Shown here: piece by piece, positions 9,823 through 20,288 of the stretch
Layout: every line of letters begins with the position of its first letter
Position numbering within the stretch: the stretch's first letter is position 1
Assembly: GCA_034520965.1 (NCBI GenBank)
Contig: JAXHMY010000001.1
Location: 480,001-544,000 of the forward strand
Length of the DNA: 64,000 bases
Direction of reading: 5' to 3'
Source of the DNA: Spirochaetia bacterium
Lineage (GTDB): Bacteria > Spirochaetota > Spirochaetia > DSM-16054 > Sediminispirochaetaceae
Program-made: the position numbers and the translations under genes
Notes under the pieces: model-generated
Databases searched by the model: none
Told to the model about the DNA's origin: nothing
What the model saw: the letters and a program-made list of their open reading frames with translations, nothing else

Positions 9823-12322
9823 ATGAAAGGAATTGCACTCTTTACTTACCATGCAGTTTTTTGCGCAGTATGACTTGTACGGTCTGCGACCCCCTCCTTT
9901 AGCAGCGGCTCCTCGCCCGGTCCATGAGAGTGTTGCCCTGTCAAGCTCAGTGCAGGGTGGTTTTGTAAACCCGGCCGTGCTTAGTTACGGGCGCGGCACC
10001 GGCTTTGCATATCTTCAGAATTACACCGATCAGGGCTTTAGCGATGATTTTACCTTATATCTGCATACCAAGTTATTGGGCTATGCCTATTCGTCCGAAC
10101 AAAATGAAAATTTTCATACCCTAACAGCTTCTTTTCCGTTAATGGATAATTTGTATTTCGGAACATCCCTGCATACCTCCGACTTTAACGAGGCAAGCTC
10201 TATTTGGAATACGGGCCTGCTCCTGCGGCCGCGCCCCTTTTTATCAATAGGAGCCACTGCCGGCTTGCCTCCGGAGGAGGACCCAACGTACACCCTCGGA
10301 GTAGCCCTACGGCCACTCTCGTTCACCCGCCCCGAAGCAACTCACCGGCTAAGCCTGTTTGCCGACTTACCCTGGACAGCAGAGACGCTTCAGCTCCCTA
10401 AAGTAGGAGTACACTTCGAACCGGTGAACGGAGTTCAGGCTCGCCTCGGATACGATCTTGAGTCACAGTCACTCGGATTCTCGTTAAGCATCGCCCTTTC
10501 ATCGGTCAACGGCGGAACATCTCTCTCCACCGATACATCTGGAAACATGGAGTCCGGGACAGCCTTTGTTCAATTTGCTCCCCGGCCGTTCAATCATCCC
10601 CGGTCTTTTGGAAATGAGCTATATTATGAATACGATATGGGACCGGGGGTGTACGAGGCGCCCCAGGGAATGCGCACCGGCCCATTCTACTTTCTCATAA
10701 ATCAAAATACATTGCTCAACAGACTCAATGAGCTTAAAGAAATCGCCGATGACCCATCCATCAGCGGGCTGATATTTGTAAACCAGCACCCCCAAATGTC
10801 CCTGAGTACCATGCGGGAACTTCGGGATGCGCTGTTGCACCTCAAAAGCAAGGGTAAACAGATATACTTTTACAGCAACCGGATGAACACCGTCGAATAC
10901 AGCCTGGCCGCTGCTACGGCCGATAAGCTTTACCTCCACCCCCAAGGAAGCCTCGACCTGCGCGGGCTTTCGGCCTCCAGCCCATATTTGAACAGTTTCT
11001 TTGAGAAATACGGCATCGAGGTTGAAAATTTTAGAACCGGAGATTATAAAACCGCCTACAATTTCCTGTCCGAGGATTCAATGCCTCCCGCAGAACGGGA
11101 GGCCCTGGATTACATGCTGCAGGGAATGTTGGACGAGTTGGTCCTGGTTATAGAAGAAGGACGGGGAGAAGATTTAAACGGGTCGGCCCGTGAGCTTATT
11201 AAAAACGGCCCCTACCTTAAGGCAGAAGACGCCCTTTCAGCCGGTCTGGTAGACGGTTTACTGCAGCAGGATGAATTTAAAGACGAAATTCCTGCTTACA
11301 TAGGAAAAAAGGGCATAAGGAACAATCAGCCCCCGCAGCAAATCCGTCGCGAATGGAGTAAGCCACCGAGCACGAAGGTTGCCTTTATCCAGGCTGTCGG
11401 GCCGATTCATACCGACCAAAAGAATCCCTTCGACAGTATTGGAGCAGAAACAACCGCAGCAGCTCTCAAAGCAGCCCGCGAGAACAGCCGGATAGAGGCT
11501 ATTTTGCTTCGAATAAACTCGGGCGGCGGTTCAGCCCTGGCCTCCGATATCATCGCCCGCGAAGTCCAGCTGTGCCTAAGTGGTGAAAACGCAAAACCGG
11601 TTATAGTTACTATGGGAGGTACCGCCGCCAGCGGCGGCTATTACATTTCCGCCTTTGCCGATAAAATCGTCGCATCCCCCTTCACCCTCACCGGTTCAAT
11701 TGGAGTAATCACTATTTTTCCGAACATCGCCGACGCCCTGGAGCAGCATGCAATCCAATGGGATGTGGTCAAACAGGGCCCGCAGGCGGATTTTGGGGCT
11801 TTGTACCGACGGCTAACTACGGAGGAACGGGAGAGTATCAACGACTATCTGCAGCATACCTACAACCGTTTTCTGCAGGTGGTCAGCGAGGGCCGTAATA
11901 TTCCACAGACAGAAGTGGAAAAGGTTGCCGGCGGCCGAGTGTGGACCGGAGTGCAGGCCCGGGAACGGGGATTGGTAGATGCGATTGGCGGATACCGGGA
12001 GGCCATCGACATCCTTGCGGAGGAGCTCGATACATCCAAAGAAATTGAACTGATAAATTACACCTTTGCCGATACCTGGGGCACAGTGTCCCTGGGGCGG
12101 CAACTGGGGCGACAAAGCATAATTGCAAACAGTTTGCTGAATATCCGTTCACAGCTGTCCGGCAGCATTCAAAACCGCTTCGAGGGGTTCCTCCCTCCGG
12201 AGGTGGCCAACTTTTACCGCTATTACCGGATATCTGCCGCAAGCGACCCCCACGCGGGCCTGATGCTCATGCCTTATTACGTGGAAGGAATAACTACTGC
12301 AGGCGCTTTCAAGGAAAAATAA
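9823..12322 (+). CDS. sppA: signal peptide peptidase SppA (67K type) with a long N-terminal extension; probable frameshift just after the start
   Basis: Two S49 domains (GDYKTA; RINSGGGSALASD, AASGGYY, TGSIGV, GRVWTG); GGAGG plus ATG 9823 is out of frame with ORF 9833-12322. Confidence 0.85.
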
Positions 12323-12369
12323 TTTTGCTGTACTGAAGCAGGGAACCATCTCCGCCCCTCTATTGGGGT

Positions 12370-13062
12370 ATGAGATACCAAGAAGAAGTATTTGAACAGC
12401 CGCTGGGCGGGGTCACCGGCCTTGAAAAGGCCCGCCCCCGCGAGCGATTACTCCTGCAGGGTGCCGGCCGGCTCAGTGATCTTGATCTGGCGGCACTGAT
12501 TATAGGTTCGGGCATAAAGGGCAATTCGGTCGATAAAATTGCCGAAAAACTGGTGCAGATACTCGACCAAACCTCCGCCCCGGTAATAGAGGTACAAGCC
12601 GTCCGGGCAATTCCCGGAATCGGAACCGCCAAAGCCGCCCAAATATGTGCCGCCCTGGAGTACGCCCGACGGCGGCTGCGGCCGGCGGAAAACCGTATCC
12701 GCTTTCCCCAGGATCTGCTGCCGGTCATTCGTCACTATGCCGACCGCCGCCGTGAGCATTTCCTCAGTATCAGCTTGAACGGCGCTCACGAAGTCATCAG
12801 CGTGCGCGTGGTGTCTATAGGGTCTGTGAATCGAACGATCGTCCACCCTAGGGAAGTCTTCTGCGAACCCCTGCAGGACCGGGCCACAGCTGTTTTGGCC
12901 GCCCACAACCATCCCTCGGGCAATGTAGACCCCAGCGACGAAGACCGGGAGATTACCACCCGCCTTCGCCAGGCCGGGGAGACTTTAGGAATTAGCCTGC
13001 TGGACCACATCATTTTTACTCAAAACAGCTATTACAGCTTTTTAGAACACGGGGCGTTGTGA
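12370..13062 (+). CDS. radC: RadC family protein (JAB domain)
   Basis: RPRERLL, GIGTAKA, VHPREVF, HNHPSG, LLDHII. Confidence 0.93.
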   Translation: MRYQEEVFEQPLGGVTGLEKARPRERLLLQGAGRLSDLDLAALIIGSGIKGNSVDKIAEKLVQILDQTSAPVIEVQAVRAIPGIGTAKAAQICAALEYARRRLRPAENRIRFPQDLLPVIRHYADRRREHFLSISLNGAHEVISVRVVSIGSVNRTIVHPREVFCEPLQDRATAVLAAHNHPSGNVDPSDEDREITTRLRQAGETLGISLLDHIIFTQNSYYSFLEHGAL

Positions 13063-13121
13063 AAGAAAAAGGATCTTGGTCATTTCTGCTGGTTCTTGCT
13101 ATTTAAAACGAGGAGCATAAG

Positions 13122-13322
13122 ATGTATAATTCGATTATGGGTATCACGAAGGACAATGCAATAAAAGCTATCCAAGAATTGCCTGACGACGCAACTTATG
13201 AAGACATCATGGAGAAGCTCTATTTCATGGAAAAAGTTGAAGCAGGGTTAAAAGATATCCGCGAGGAAGCCACCGTCTCTCATGAAGAAGTAAAGAAACG
13301 TATTCATAGATGGCTGAAGTAG
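13122..13322 (+). CDS. small putative antitoxin (alternative start 13137)
   Basis: LPDDATYEDIMEKLYFMEKVEAGLKD...VSHEEVKKR; overlaps the downstream RelE/ParE gene. Confidence 0.7.
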   Translation: MYNSIMGITKDNAIKAIQELPDDATYEDIMEKLYFMEKVEAGLKDIREEATVSHEEVKKRIHRWLK

Positions 13323-13597
13323 AAATACTGTGGTCCAAAAAAGCACTATCGGATATAGAAGAAATTATCACCTACATTTCGAAGGATTCTCCATCTTACG
13401 CACGTAATTTTGCATTGAAAATACTCGAAAGTATCGAGACCATCCGAACCTTTCCCCACATAGGTCGGATTGTACCAGAATACAATGACCCTCAACTGAG
13501 AGAAATACTATTTCGCAATTACAGAATAGTATACAAGTCAGGCGAAACCCGTGCAGAAATAGCAACGATTTTCCAGGGTAGTAAGCTGCTGGAGTAG
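13310..13597 (+). CDS. RelE/ParE-family toxin
   Basis: ILWSKKALSDIEEI..YI, FPHIGRIVPE, REILFRNYRIVY. Confidence 0.85.
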   Translation: MAEVEILWSKKALSDIEEIITYISKDSPSYARNFALKILESIETIRTFPHIGRIVPEYNDPQLREILFRNYRIVYKSGETRAEIATIFQGSKLLE

Positions 13598-13696
13598 ACA
13601 GGAAAATAGTATGGACCATTGAGGCCGCAGCAGCGAGGAGGGGGTGTTGTGAGACACTTCGGACATGCACAGACACAGGCCAAGAATCTTTTTTTG

Positions 13697-13725
13697 TTGA
13701 CAATCGGGTGACAATAGAATATACT
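13697..13725 (+). promoter_or_regulatory. sigma70 promoter of the Phd/PIN module with TGACAAT direct repeats
   Basis: TTGACA-17 bp-TATACT; TGACAAT at 13698 and 13709. Confidence 0.6.
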
Positions 13726-13745
13726 TTTGAAGTAGGAGAAATAGG

Positions 13746-14030
13746 ATGAAATTCATTACCGTCAGAGACCTCAGAACCTCACCTGCACAAATCTGGAAGG
13801 ATTTGCCGACAGAACGGGAGATGGTCATTACCAACAACGGGAAACCCATAGCACTGCTCACCCCTGTAGGTGACGCGAACCTGGAGGAAACCCTTGCTGC
13901 TGTGAGAAGGGCGCACGCGATTCAGTCGGTGAAACAAATGCAACAGACATCGATGCGTCGCGGCACTACCGGTCTCCCCGAATCCGAAATCCAGGACGAA
14001 ATTATCCGGGCCCGCACCGAGCATTCATGA
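13746..14030 (+). CDS. Phd/YefM-family antitoxin
   Basis: MKFITVRDLR...MVITNNGKPIALL. Confidence 0.85.
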   Translation: MKFITVRDLRTSPAQIWKDLPTEREMVITNNGKPIALLTPVGDANLEETLAAVRRAHAIQSVKQMQQTSMRRGTTGLPESEIQDEIIRARTEHS

Positions 14031-14422
14031 TCATTGTCCTCGATACCAACATACTCGTCTCTGCTCCTCTCAATCCTGAAAGCTACCCTGCCCACGTCCT
14101 CAATGCGATCTTGAACGAAAAAGTGACTCTGCTTTTCGACAACAGAATACTTGAAGAATACAAAAGGGTTCTGCTGCGGCCGCGGTTCGGATTCTCTGTG
14201 GAGATTGTAGGACCTCTGCTCGATTATCTCGAATCTGAAGGGGAGTTCGTGGCGGCCGACTATTCCGGCAGACAATTCGAGGATGACGAAGACAAGAAGT
14301 TCTACGAAGTTGCTGTGACCGGAGGCGCCGACTATCTGGTCACCGGCAACATAAGACATTTCCCGAATGAATCCCTTATCATCACCCCGAAAGACTTCAC
14401 TGAGAGAGAATTGGGCCGGTGA
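14027..14422 (+). CDS. PIN-domain toxin
   Basis: IVLDTNILVS, EEYKRVL, DEDDKKF, ADYLVTGN; ATGA overlap with the antitoxin. Confidence 0.87.
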   Translation: MIIVLDTNILVSAPLNPESYPAHVLNAILNEKVTLLFDNRILEEYKRVLLRPRFGFSVEIVGPLLDYLESEGEFVAADYSGRQFEDDEDKKFYEVAVTGGADYLVTGNIRHFPNESLIITPKDFTERELGR

Positions 14423-14637
14423 TTTTTACCTACTCTCGCCAGCAATACTCACACTAGTGTATACCTTATAAGAGAATAAATCCCGAACGTCAAAATACCC
14501 ATATTTGGCCTCTTTAATAGAGACAAAATGGAGTATTTCTACACTCCCGGTGAAAATATTTCCATCTGGAAAAAGCTGCCCGCGGGTGTGATAATGAGGT
14601 CTTGTATGCTATAATATAATAGAAATGAGGACATGAA

Positions 14638-14862
14638 ATGAATACCAGAGACCTTATTGATGTAGCATATTCTCTCCCGGTTGAAGAAAGGGTTCGGCTC
14701 GTAGATTCTCTTCTGCAAAGCCTCAACAAACCAGAAACCGAGCTCGACAAGAAATGGACAGCAGTCGCCCGCAGAAGGCTGCAGGAACTGCAGAATGGAT
14801 CTGTCGAAGCAATACCCGGCAAGGAAGTATTCGAAAAGGTATGGCAAAGGTTTCATGATTGA
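14638..14862 (+). CDS. putative addiction-module antitoxin
   Basis: LPVEERVRLVDSLLQSL...W...ARRRLQEL..G.VEAIPG.EVF. Confidence 0.8.
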   Translation: MNTRDLIDVAYSLPVEERVRLVDSLLQSLNKPETELDKKWTAVARRRLQELQNGSVEAIPGKEVFEKVWQRFHD

Positions 14863-14965
14863 ACTTCTCTTTTCATCCGGAAGCTGAGAACGAGTTCAAC
14901 GAAGCAATTGATTACTATGAGAAGCTCTACACAAAGAACCAGGCTATTGGAAATCAAGAAAATAG
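14859..14965 (+). pseudogene. RelE/ParE toxin remnant with an internal deletion
   Basis: TTG start gives MNFSFHPEAENEFNEAIDYYE, joined out of frame to LHKEPGYWKSRK*, a ParE-like C-terminus. Confidence 0.7.
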
Positions 14966-15191
14966 GTACGTATCATATTCGCTTTTTTAGCTGCAAAAGT
15001 CGAGGGAGTACCATCCTCGAGAAGTCTTCCCCCAACATAAATACTACTGTTTTTTGGAGCATTGGGTTTTGTATATGATCTCTACCGAGCAACAAATGTC
15101 GGAATAGAGGTCACTCCGATCGGAAAGAACTGCTCGTACCAGTCGAATCTCTTCGCCGGTAGCTATTTCGAGAAAAAAGAGATGTTCTGAT

Positions 15192-16857
15192 CTATCTGAA
15201 GAACAAGCCTCGCCTCGTGAAAGTAATGAACACCACGTGCTCGTCGATGACGAGCTCTTCGAGAACCCGGGAAATCCTCTGGCGATACGTGTAGTTTGCA
15301 TCCAGATACCAGTCTCCACCGAAAAAATTAAGTCGAAGGGACACACCTCCGGTTGCTCCCCATCCCCATTTGTCGTAGCTTCCCATTTTGAGGTACGTGG
15401 CCTCAAAACCACCTCGTACTCCGAATAAATCCAAGAACCACTGTTCGAACGCGGGGATGAGTTTTCCGGCGTAGTTGTCCTCTTCGAGATAGAGTTTGGT
15501 TCTGCTGCCCCAGTGTGAGGTAGGAGCGTTTGCGGTTAAAAGCGTAGGTAAGACTGTTGTCGAAGATGAGAGGTACGCCTACCGGATCAAATTCATCCGT
15601 TTCCACGCGATAATACTCGAACCAGTTGCTCGAGTAAGCTATATGGCTGTCGAAAAAGAGAGAATCGTCGAGAAACTGCAAGAGTATACCAGCCTCCGCC
15701 CCCCACACCACATCTTTCTCCTTTTTATACTTATCCCAGGGTAACTTGTAGTAGTCCCTCGATCGCAGCATACACGATCCGCCGATCCCGACGGCTATAG
15801 TATCACTCAGTCGGAACCCGCTGGCGAGTATGAGGTTGTAGAAATCGATATAGTTCGAACCTATGTTGTGGTCATAACCTTCCGGCCCCGTGATCGCAAC
15901 GTCTATCGATGAATGTATGAATTCTAAACCCGCTCCCCAGCCCGGGAGAATCGGAAGAGAATACCGTATGTTCCCATAGTCAGATGATTCCCCGCTTCCG
16001 GTCTTACTCCCCGAATCATTGGTAATAAAAGTTGGATCATGAACAGGTTTTTGCCGGCTGAATAAAAACGAAAGATAGTCTTTTTCGATAATGCCGAGAT
16101 ACGCCGGGTTCTGGAAAGAGAGGTAATGTTCGGGCATGACCTTGAATCTCGAGGCATTACTCGTCAGCTTGTCCAGATAGGTCTGCACCGCCTCGTAGTC
16201 TGGGTCGATCCGCTTCGCCTCAACAAGCTCCTTCTTCGCCTCCTCTTTCTCTCCCGTGTCATATGCGGCCAGCGCCCGGGAGAAGGCCACCACTGCCGCC
16301 TCCTGCTTCTCCTCTTTCTCCTCCACCTTCTTTTCCGTGCTCCGGGCCACCCTCACGTCGAAATGGTCCAGGATTTTCGAGGCGAAGTAGCCCGAGATGT
16401 ACTCATACCGGCCGGGCCGCTCGGTCACATTGTCCTGGTAAACCACCTCTCCCGAATCCACCCCCGTCACCCTGATGCTGATCAGCAGCTGTGGGGCCAT
16501 GTCCACGATCTCGCCGAAGACGATGTAATCGGCGGCGAGCATCCTGCCGAGCTCTATCTGCCGCTCGGTTTCTTCGGCCACGCCGGAGTGGGCAAACTTC
16601 ATCTCCTCCATCAGCTAGGTCCGCTGCTCCCGGTCGACCAGCGCCACTCCCTGACTGTTGGCCAGCTCCATGGCGATCATTTCGCTGATACCCTTGCCGA
16701 GATAGGTGTACTTCGGGTTGTCGCTGTGCACCACGAAATCGACCAGCGCCACCCGCATCTCTTGGGCCGGTGCCGAGACGCTCACGAACAGGACCACAAC
16801 TGCGAGAATAAGAATTGATAATGGACTTTTTCGCACCACAGACATCTCCCTCCCCAA
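15192..16857 (-). pseudogene. exported CsgG/FlgO-like + TPR + beta-barrel-like protein, interrupted by an in-frame TAG and a frameshift
   Basis: ORF 16615-16857 (signal peptide, VALVDF, LVDREQ) is in frame with ORF 15403-16611 across TAG 16615-16617 (IELGRMLAADYIVFG); the C-terminus continues in ORF 15192-15434. Confidence 0.6.
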
Positions 16858-17072
16858 GCCATCTCGGTAGATCTATCTAACCGCGGCTGCAGAGCGAAGA
16901 TGCCGTTGCAAAAAGGCAGGCTTGCACTATAATTACCTCTTTATTGTACCATCCTCGTTAAGGAGCGCAAGTGTTTTCTTAGACATCCTCTTCCAATCTG
17001 GTTAGATTAGTGGTTGGGTCGATTGAGAACAGGTTGGCGACACAGAAAAAGTAGTATTTATTGGGCGGGACT

Positions 17073-17143
17073 ATCGTCCACCCTAGGGAAGTCTTCTGCG
17101 AACCCCTGCAGGACCGCGCGGCTGCGGCAGGCCGGCGAGACTT
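17073..17143 (+). repeat. internally deleted radC fragment
   Basis: 17073-17116 is identical to radC 12838-12881; 17128-17143 matches radC 12970-12985 at 15/16. Confidence 0.85.
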
Positions 17144-17237
17144 CAAGGCTGTTGGCCAGCTTCATCCCAGCAGTACTAAAGCTAAAATCGAATACCGCGA
17201 GCTTGCGGGCCGGGGGCCGAGCTGGTATGATATACAC

Positions 17238-17546
17238 ATGGTTGATTTCAACAGGATTATCCGGGAATGTTTTTGGGACAGCAATATCTCCACAGAAGAG
17301 GTAGAGAGGATAATAACCGGAGGCGATCATCGAAGAAAAAGTCAGCTCTTCGAAAGAATCTTACTCAACAGCTCACATTATCTGCTCGATCTGCAGCTCT
17401 TCGACCGGGGTGATTTGCGGCTATTGCTCGAAGAATACCAGCCACCCGAATTCAATAATGAACACGCCTTTCGTCGAAAAAATATTGCAGAGGTCTTTTT
17501 CTTTGATAAGAAATTACAAATAGGTGAGCTCCAATGGCCGGCATAG
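17238..17546 (+). CDS. small FWD-motif protein, putative antitoxin partner of the AbiEii-like gene (DUF6922-like)
   Basis: MVDFNRIIRECFWDSNIS..; overlaps the AbiEii-like gene; the longer ORF-track start lies in the radC fragment. Confidence 0.6.
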   Translation: MVDFNRIIRECFWDSNISTEEVERIITGGDHRRKSQLFERILLNSSHYLLDLQLFDRGDLRLLLEEYQPPEFNNEHAFRRKNIAEVFFFDKKLQIGELQWPA

Positions 17547-18208
17547 AACATCCTGAATTTCCATCACAGCACAAAGATTTCGAGATTCTGTATAAACTTC
17601 AGAATCGAGTTTTAGATACGGTGTTCTCCACCGAATCGCTGTTCTACCTGACAGGCGGGACTTGTCTGAGTCGTTTTTATCAGGCTAAACGTTATTCGGA
17701 TGATCTGGACTTTTTTACCAATGACTCTCCCAGATTCGCCTATGCCCTGCGTAATGTGCGAGCCGCTCTTCAGGAAACACATGAGGCAACTGTGGAAGTG
17801 GAGACAAAAAATTTTTTACGCCTTACAGTGGACAACCGCTTACAGGTAGATTTTGTAAACGACGGCCCTTTTAGATACAAGGAGCCGGTTGTTACCGAAC
17901 AAAACTACCTTATTGACAATATCGAAAACATCCTCGCAAATAAACTCACCGCTGTTATCGGCCGGGATAATCCAAAAGATGTGTTCGACATCGTTCTCAT
18001 TTATACTTTCTACCATTTTTCATGGGCCGAAATCCTGGAAGCCGCCCATAAAAAAGCCGGTTTCGCCGACGAAGACCTTGCCGTTCGCCTCAAGAGCTTT
18101 CCCAAAGAGATGCTCGGGCACATCAAATGCATCGACTGCAGCTTTCTAGAGAATTTCGACACCGCTATCGAACATATCATTCAGGCGATCATAAAAAACG
18201 GTACTTAA
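17534..18208 (+). CDS. nucleotidyltransferase, AbiEii/AbiGii toxin family
   Basis: FYLTGGTCLSRFY..RYSDDLDFF, ILANKLTA, PKDVFD. Confidence 0.88.
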   Translation: MAGIEHPEFPSQHKDFEILYKLQNRVLDTVFSTESLFYLTGGTCLSRFYQAKRYSDDLDFFTNDSPRFAYALRNVRAALQETHEATVEVETKNFLRLTVDNRLQVDFVNDGPFRYKEPVVTEQNYLIDNIENILANKLTAVIGRDNPKDVFDIVLIYTFYHFSWAEILEAAHKKAGFADEDLAVRLKSFPKEMLGHIKCIDCSFLENFDTAIEHIIQAIIKNGT

Positions 18209-18317
18209 CCTAACTTGGCCAAAAATTTGAAATATTGTGGTAAAACAAGCCAAATTCGGCACTTTTGAGAACAATCAAACTGTTTGTGTAGAGCATTATC
18301 GAAAAGGCCGTCTAGGG

Positions 18318-18653
18318 TTATGACTCAATCATTTTCATTTCATCTTCAATTGCTTTTTCTACAAACTTATTAAGTGAAAGGTTGAGTTTCTTTGCGGTAA
18401 TAGCTACTTCACGGTGCAGTTCGGGTGATAACCGCAAATTAAATTTTCCTGAATAGGGACGTTCGGGACTTTTTCCCTCTTCCTCACACCATGAGATATA
18501 ATCATAAATTGATTCCCTAAATGCCATTTCCAATTCTTCTACTGTTGTGCCTTGGAAAGTTATAACATCTTGTGTGTTAATTACATCTCCATGGAATATC
18601 TTCGCGTCGGCGTCATATTCCACATCTCCAATATATCCTTTATATTCCATCAT
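18318..18653 (-). CDS. hicB: HicB antitoxin
   Basis: MEYKGYIG...TFQGTTVEEL..AF..YI.WC...PERPYSGKFNLR..PELH. Confidence 0.9.
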   Translation of the reverse strand: MMEYKGYIGDVEYDADAKIFHGDVINTQDVITFQGTTVEELEMAFRESIYDYISWCEEEGKSPERPYSGKFNLRLSPELHREVAITAKKLNLSLNKFVEKAIEDEMKMIES

Positions 18654-18905
18654 GGCTTTACTCCTGCCTGTTCTAAAAAACGTTTCATGGATTTTACTGA
18701 ACCTTTATCGGTCCCTTTTTGTGGGTGAGGTCTGTGAAATACAGCTCTTCTTTTATTCAGCTTAACTCGAATCCTGGATCCACTTCCTTCCGACAATTCA
18801 GCCCCTAATGCAAGTAACAAAGATTCAATATCATTCCACATAATATTGGAAGGAGGCGGATTAGTAAAAATTGCTTCCAATATTTTCCAGTGCTTTTTTA
18901 TTCAC
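18650..18905 (-). CDS. hicA: HicA toxin (GTG 18905, one extra A in the homopolymer near 18895)
   Basis: WNDIESLL..LG....GSGSR....FHRPHP; GTG AAT AAA AA(A)G CAC TGG restores MNKKHWKILEAIF. Confidence 0.85.
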
Positions 18906-18911
18906 GGCTTT

Positions 18912-18940
18912 ATGGTACCACTTAATGGTACCATTGTCAA
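18912..18940 (-). promoter_or_regulatory. hicAB promoter overlapped by two TGGTACCA palindromes (probable autoregulatory operator)
   Basis: Minus strand TTGACA-ATGGTACCATTAAGTGG-TACCAT (17-bp spacer). Confidence 0.7.
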
Positions 18941-19024
18941 TGAAAAATTGAGGTCTACCGGGTGCTGGCGGAGTTTATAGCTACGGCGGATTTGTTGATC
19001 AGCCTAAAGCACATACTTCGCTTT

Positions 19025-19130
19025 ATGCACCTCCTGGATACCGATATCTGCATCTATCTCATAACAAATAGATATCACTATCTCCAGAAAATTTTGCTGC
19101 AGCCCCCCTACACCATAGCCGTCTCGGAGT
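19025..19130 (+). pseudogene. VapC/PIN toxin N-terminal remnant
   Basis: MHLLDTDICIYLI...IAVS, cut off by the radC fragment. Confidence 0.6.
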
Positions 19131-19145
19131 CCGCTGTGTTAGCTA

Positions 19146-19304
19146 CACAACCATCCCTCGGGATATGTGGACCCCAGCGACGAAGACCGGGAGATTACCA
19201 CACGCCTTCGCCGGGCCGGGGAGACTTTAGGAATCAACCTGCTTGACCACATCATCTTTACTCAAAACAGCTACTACAGCTTTTTAGAACTTGGGGTGCT
19301 GTAA
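19146..19304 (+). repeat. second copy of the radC 3' end (159 bp)
   Basis: Colinear with radC 12904-13062, about 15 mismatches by manual comparison, includes a stop codon. Confidence 0.9.
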
Positions 19305-19915
19305 TTGCTCAGATTATTTATTATAGAACCCCATCAGCTTTCATTTCTGATAACAGTTTTCCTGCCAGGTATCGATATCGGTCCCACGCATCATTTCTGA
19401 TGGTAAAACCTGCAGAGGCATAATCTCCGCTTTCATCGATAGCGGGCAGTTCAGAAATATCCAGAAGGTCCTGAGTTCTAATGACCTTTTCATTCAATGC
19501 ATCCATCTGGTAGTTGAAACCAATGCGGGAAAAGTTATTCCAATTAGCTCTTTTCGGTTACTACAAATAACAGTATTGCTTCTGCTCCACAGTCTAACCC
19601 TAAAAATCGATTCAATTTCCAAGTGCATCTGCAAGTGGTTTTCCAGGTCACCAGACAAAGAATATTGAGGTGAGCTGGGGTAAAGAACCAGATGCGTTTC
19701 TATAAGATGCGGCTTGATTTTATACCCCATATAGGCGCCGCTACTCATAGTCATTAAAAGGGTGATAATTAATGTAACAATAGAGTTTGAAGCAGAACAT
19801 TGTGTTTAATATTCAAAAGGGCTTACATTATATACTTTCAATAAGAAGGCCAGTTTTGCCTGTATAATTAGGTTTGTATTTTTCTGTGCAATAGGTATCG
19901 GCATAGCTCCAGTCG

Positions 19916-20288
19916 TCACATAGCAGTATCGCCAAGCTCTTGAAGGTGCGGCTGCAATAGCTCATAGCGGATAGGTTTTTCCAGGTACATGTCAAATGAA
20001 ACATTTCTTAAGCTCCTTTTCATAGAGGGAGCGGTGATAACCGGACAAAAAAATCGTCTTGTCGAAGGGACCGGTTTCGTCGACGAAATCGATACCGTTC
20101 TTTTGCTGGTTCAGATTGATATCTACAATTGCAACGTTTATCTGATGGGTGCGAGAAATTTCCACCGCCTTTTCATAGCTGCCGGCAATATGAACTCGGT
20201 CGAATCCCATTTTACGAATCACAGACTGAAGGCCAAGTCCCGCTATAACCTCATCATCGAGTATAAGTATGTGAATTGAACTACTCAT
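19916..20288 (-). CDS. single-domain response regulator (frameshift near 20005)
   Basis: ILILDDE, AIVDINL, NGIDF, IFLSG; removing one A continues the frame as SFDMYLEKPIRYELL...*. Confidence 0.75.

Noticed and set aside
16875..17007. Possible integron attC site (ATCTAAC...GTTAGAT, 133 bp) in the TA array
   Set aside because: The R boxes are complementary but no matching L boxes or internal stem are visible, no similar sites separate the other genes, and no integrase is present.
17061..17237. N-terminal part of ORF 17061-17546 suggesting a RadC fusion protein
   Set aside because: It is chance read-through of a deleted radC fragment; the coherent protein starts at ATG 17238.
19321..19754. Two short minus-strand ORFs next to the TA array
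   Set aside because: No recognisable motifs; possibly one frameshifted hypothetical gene, too weak to call.
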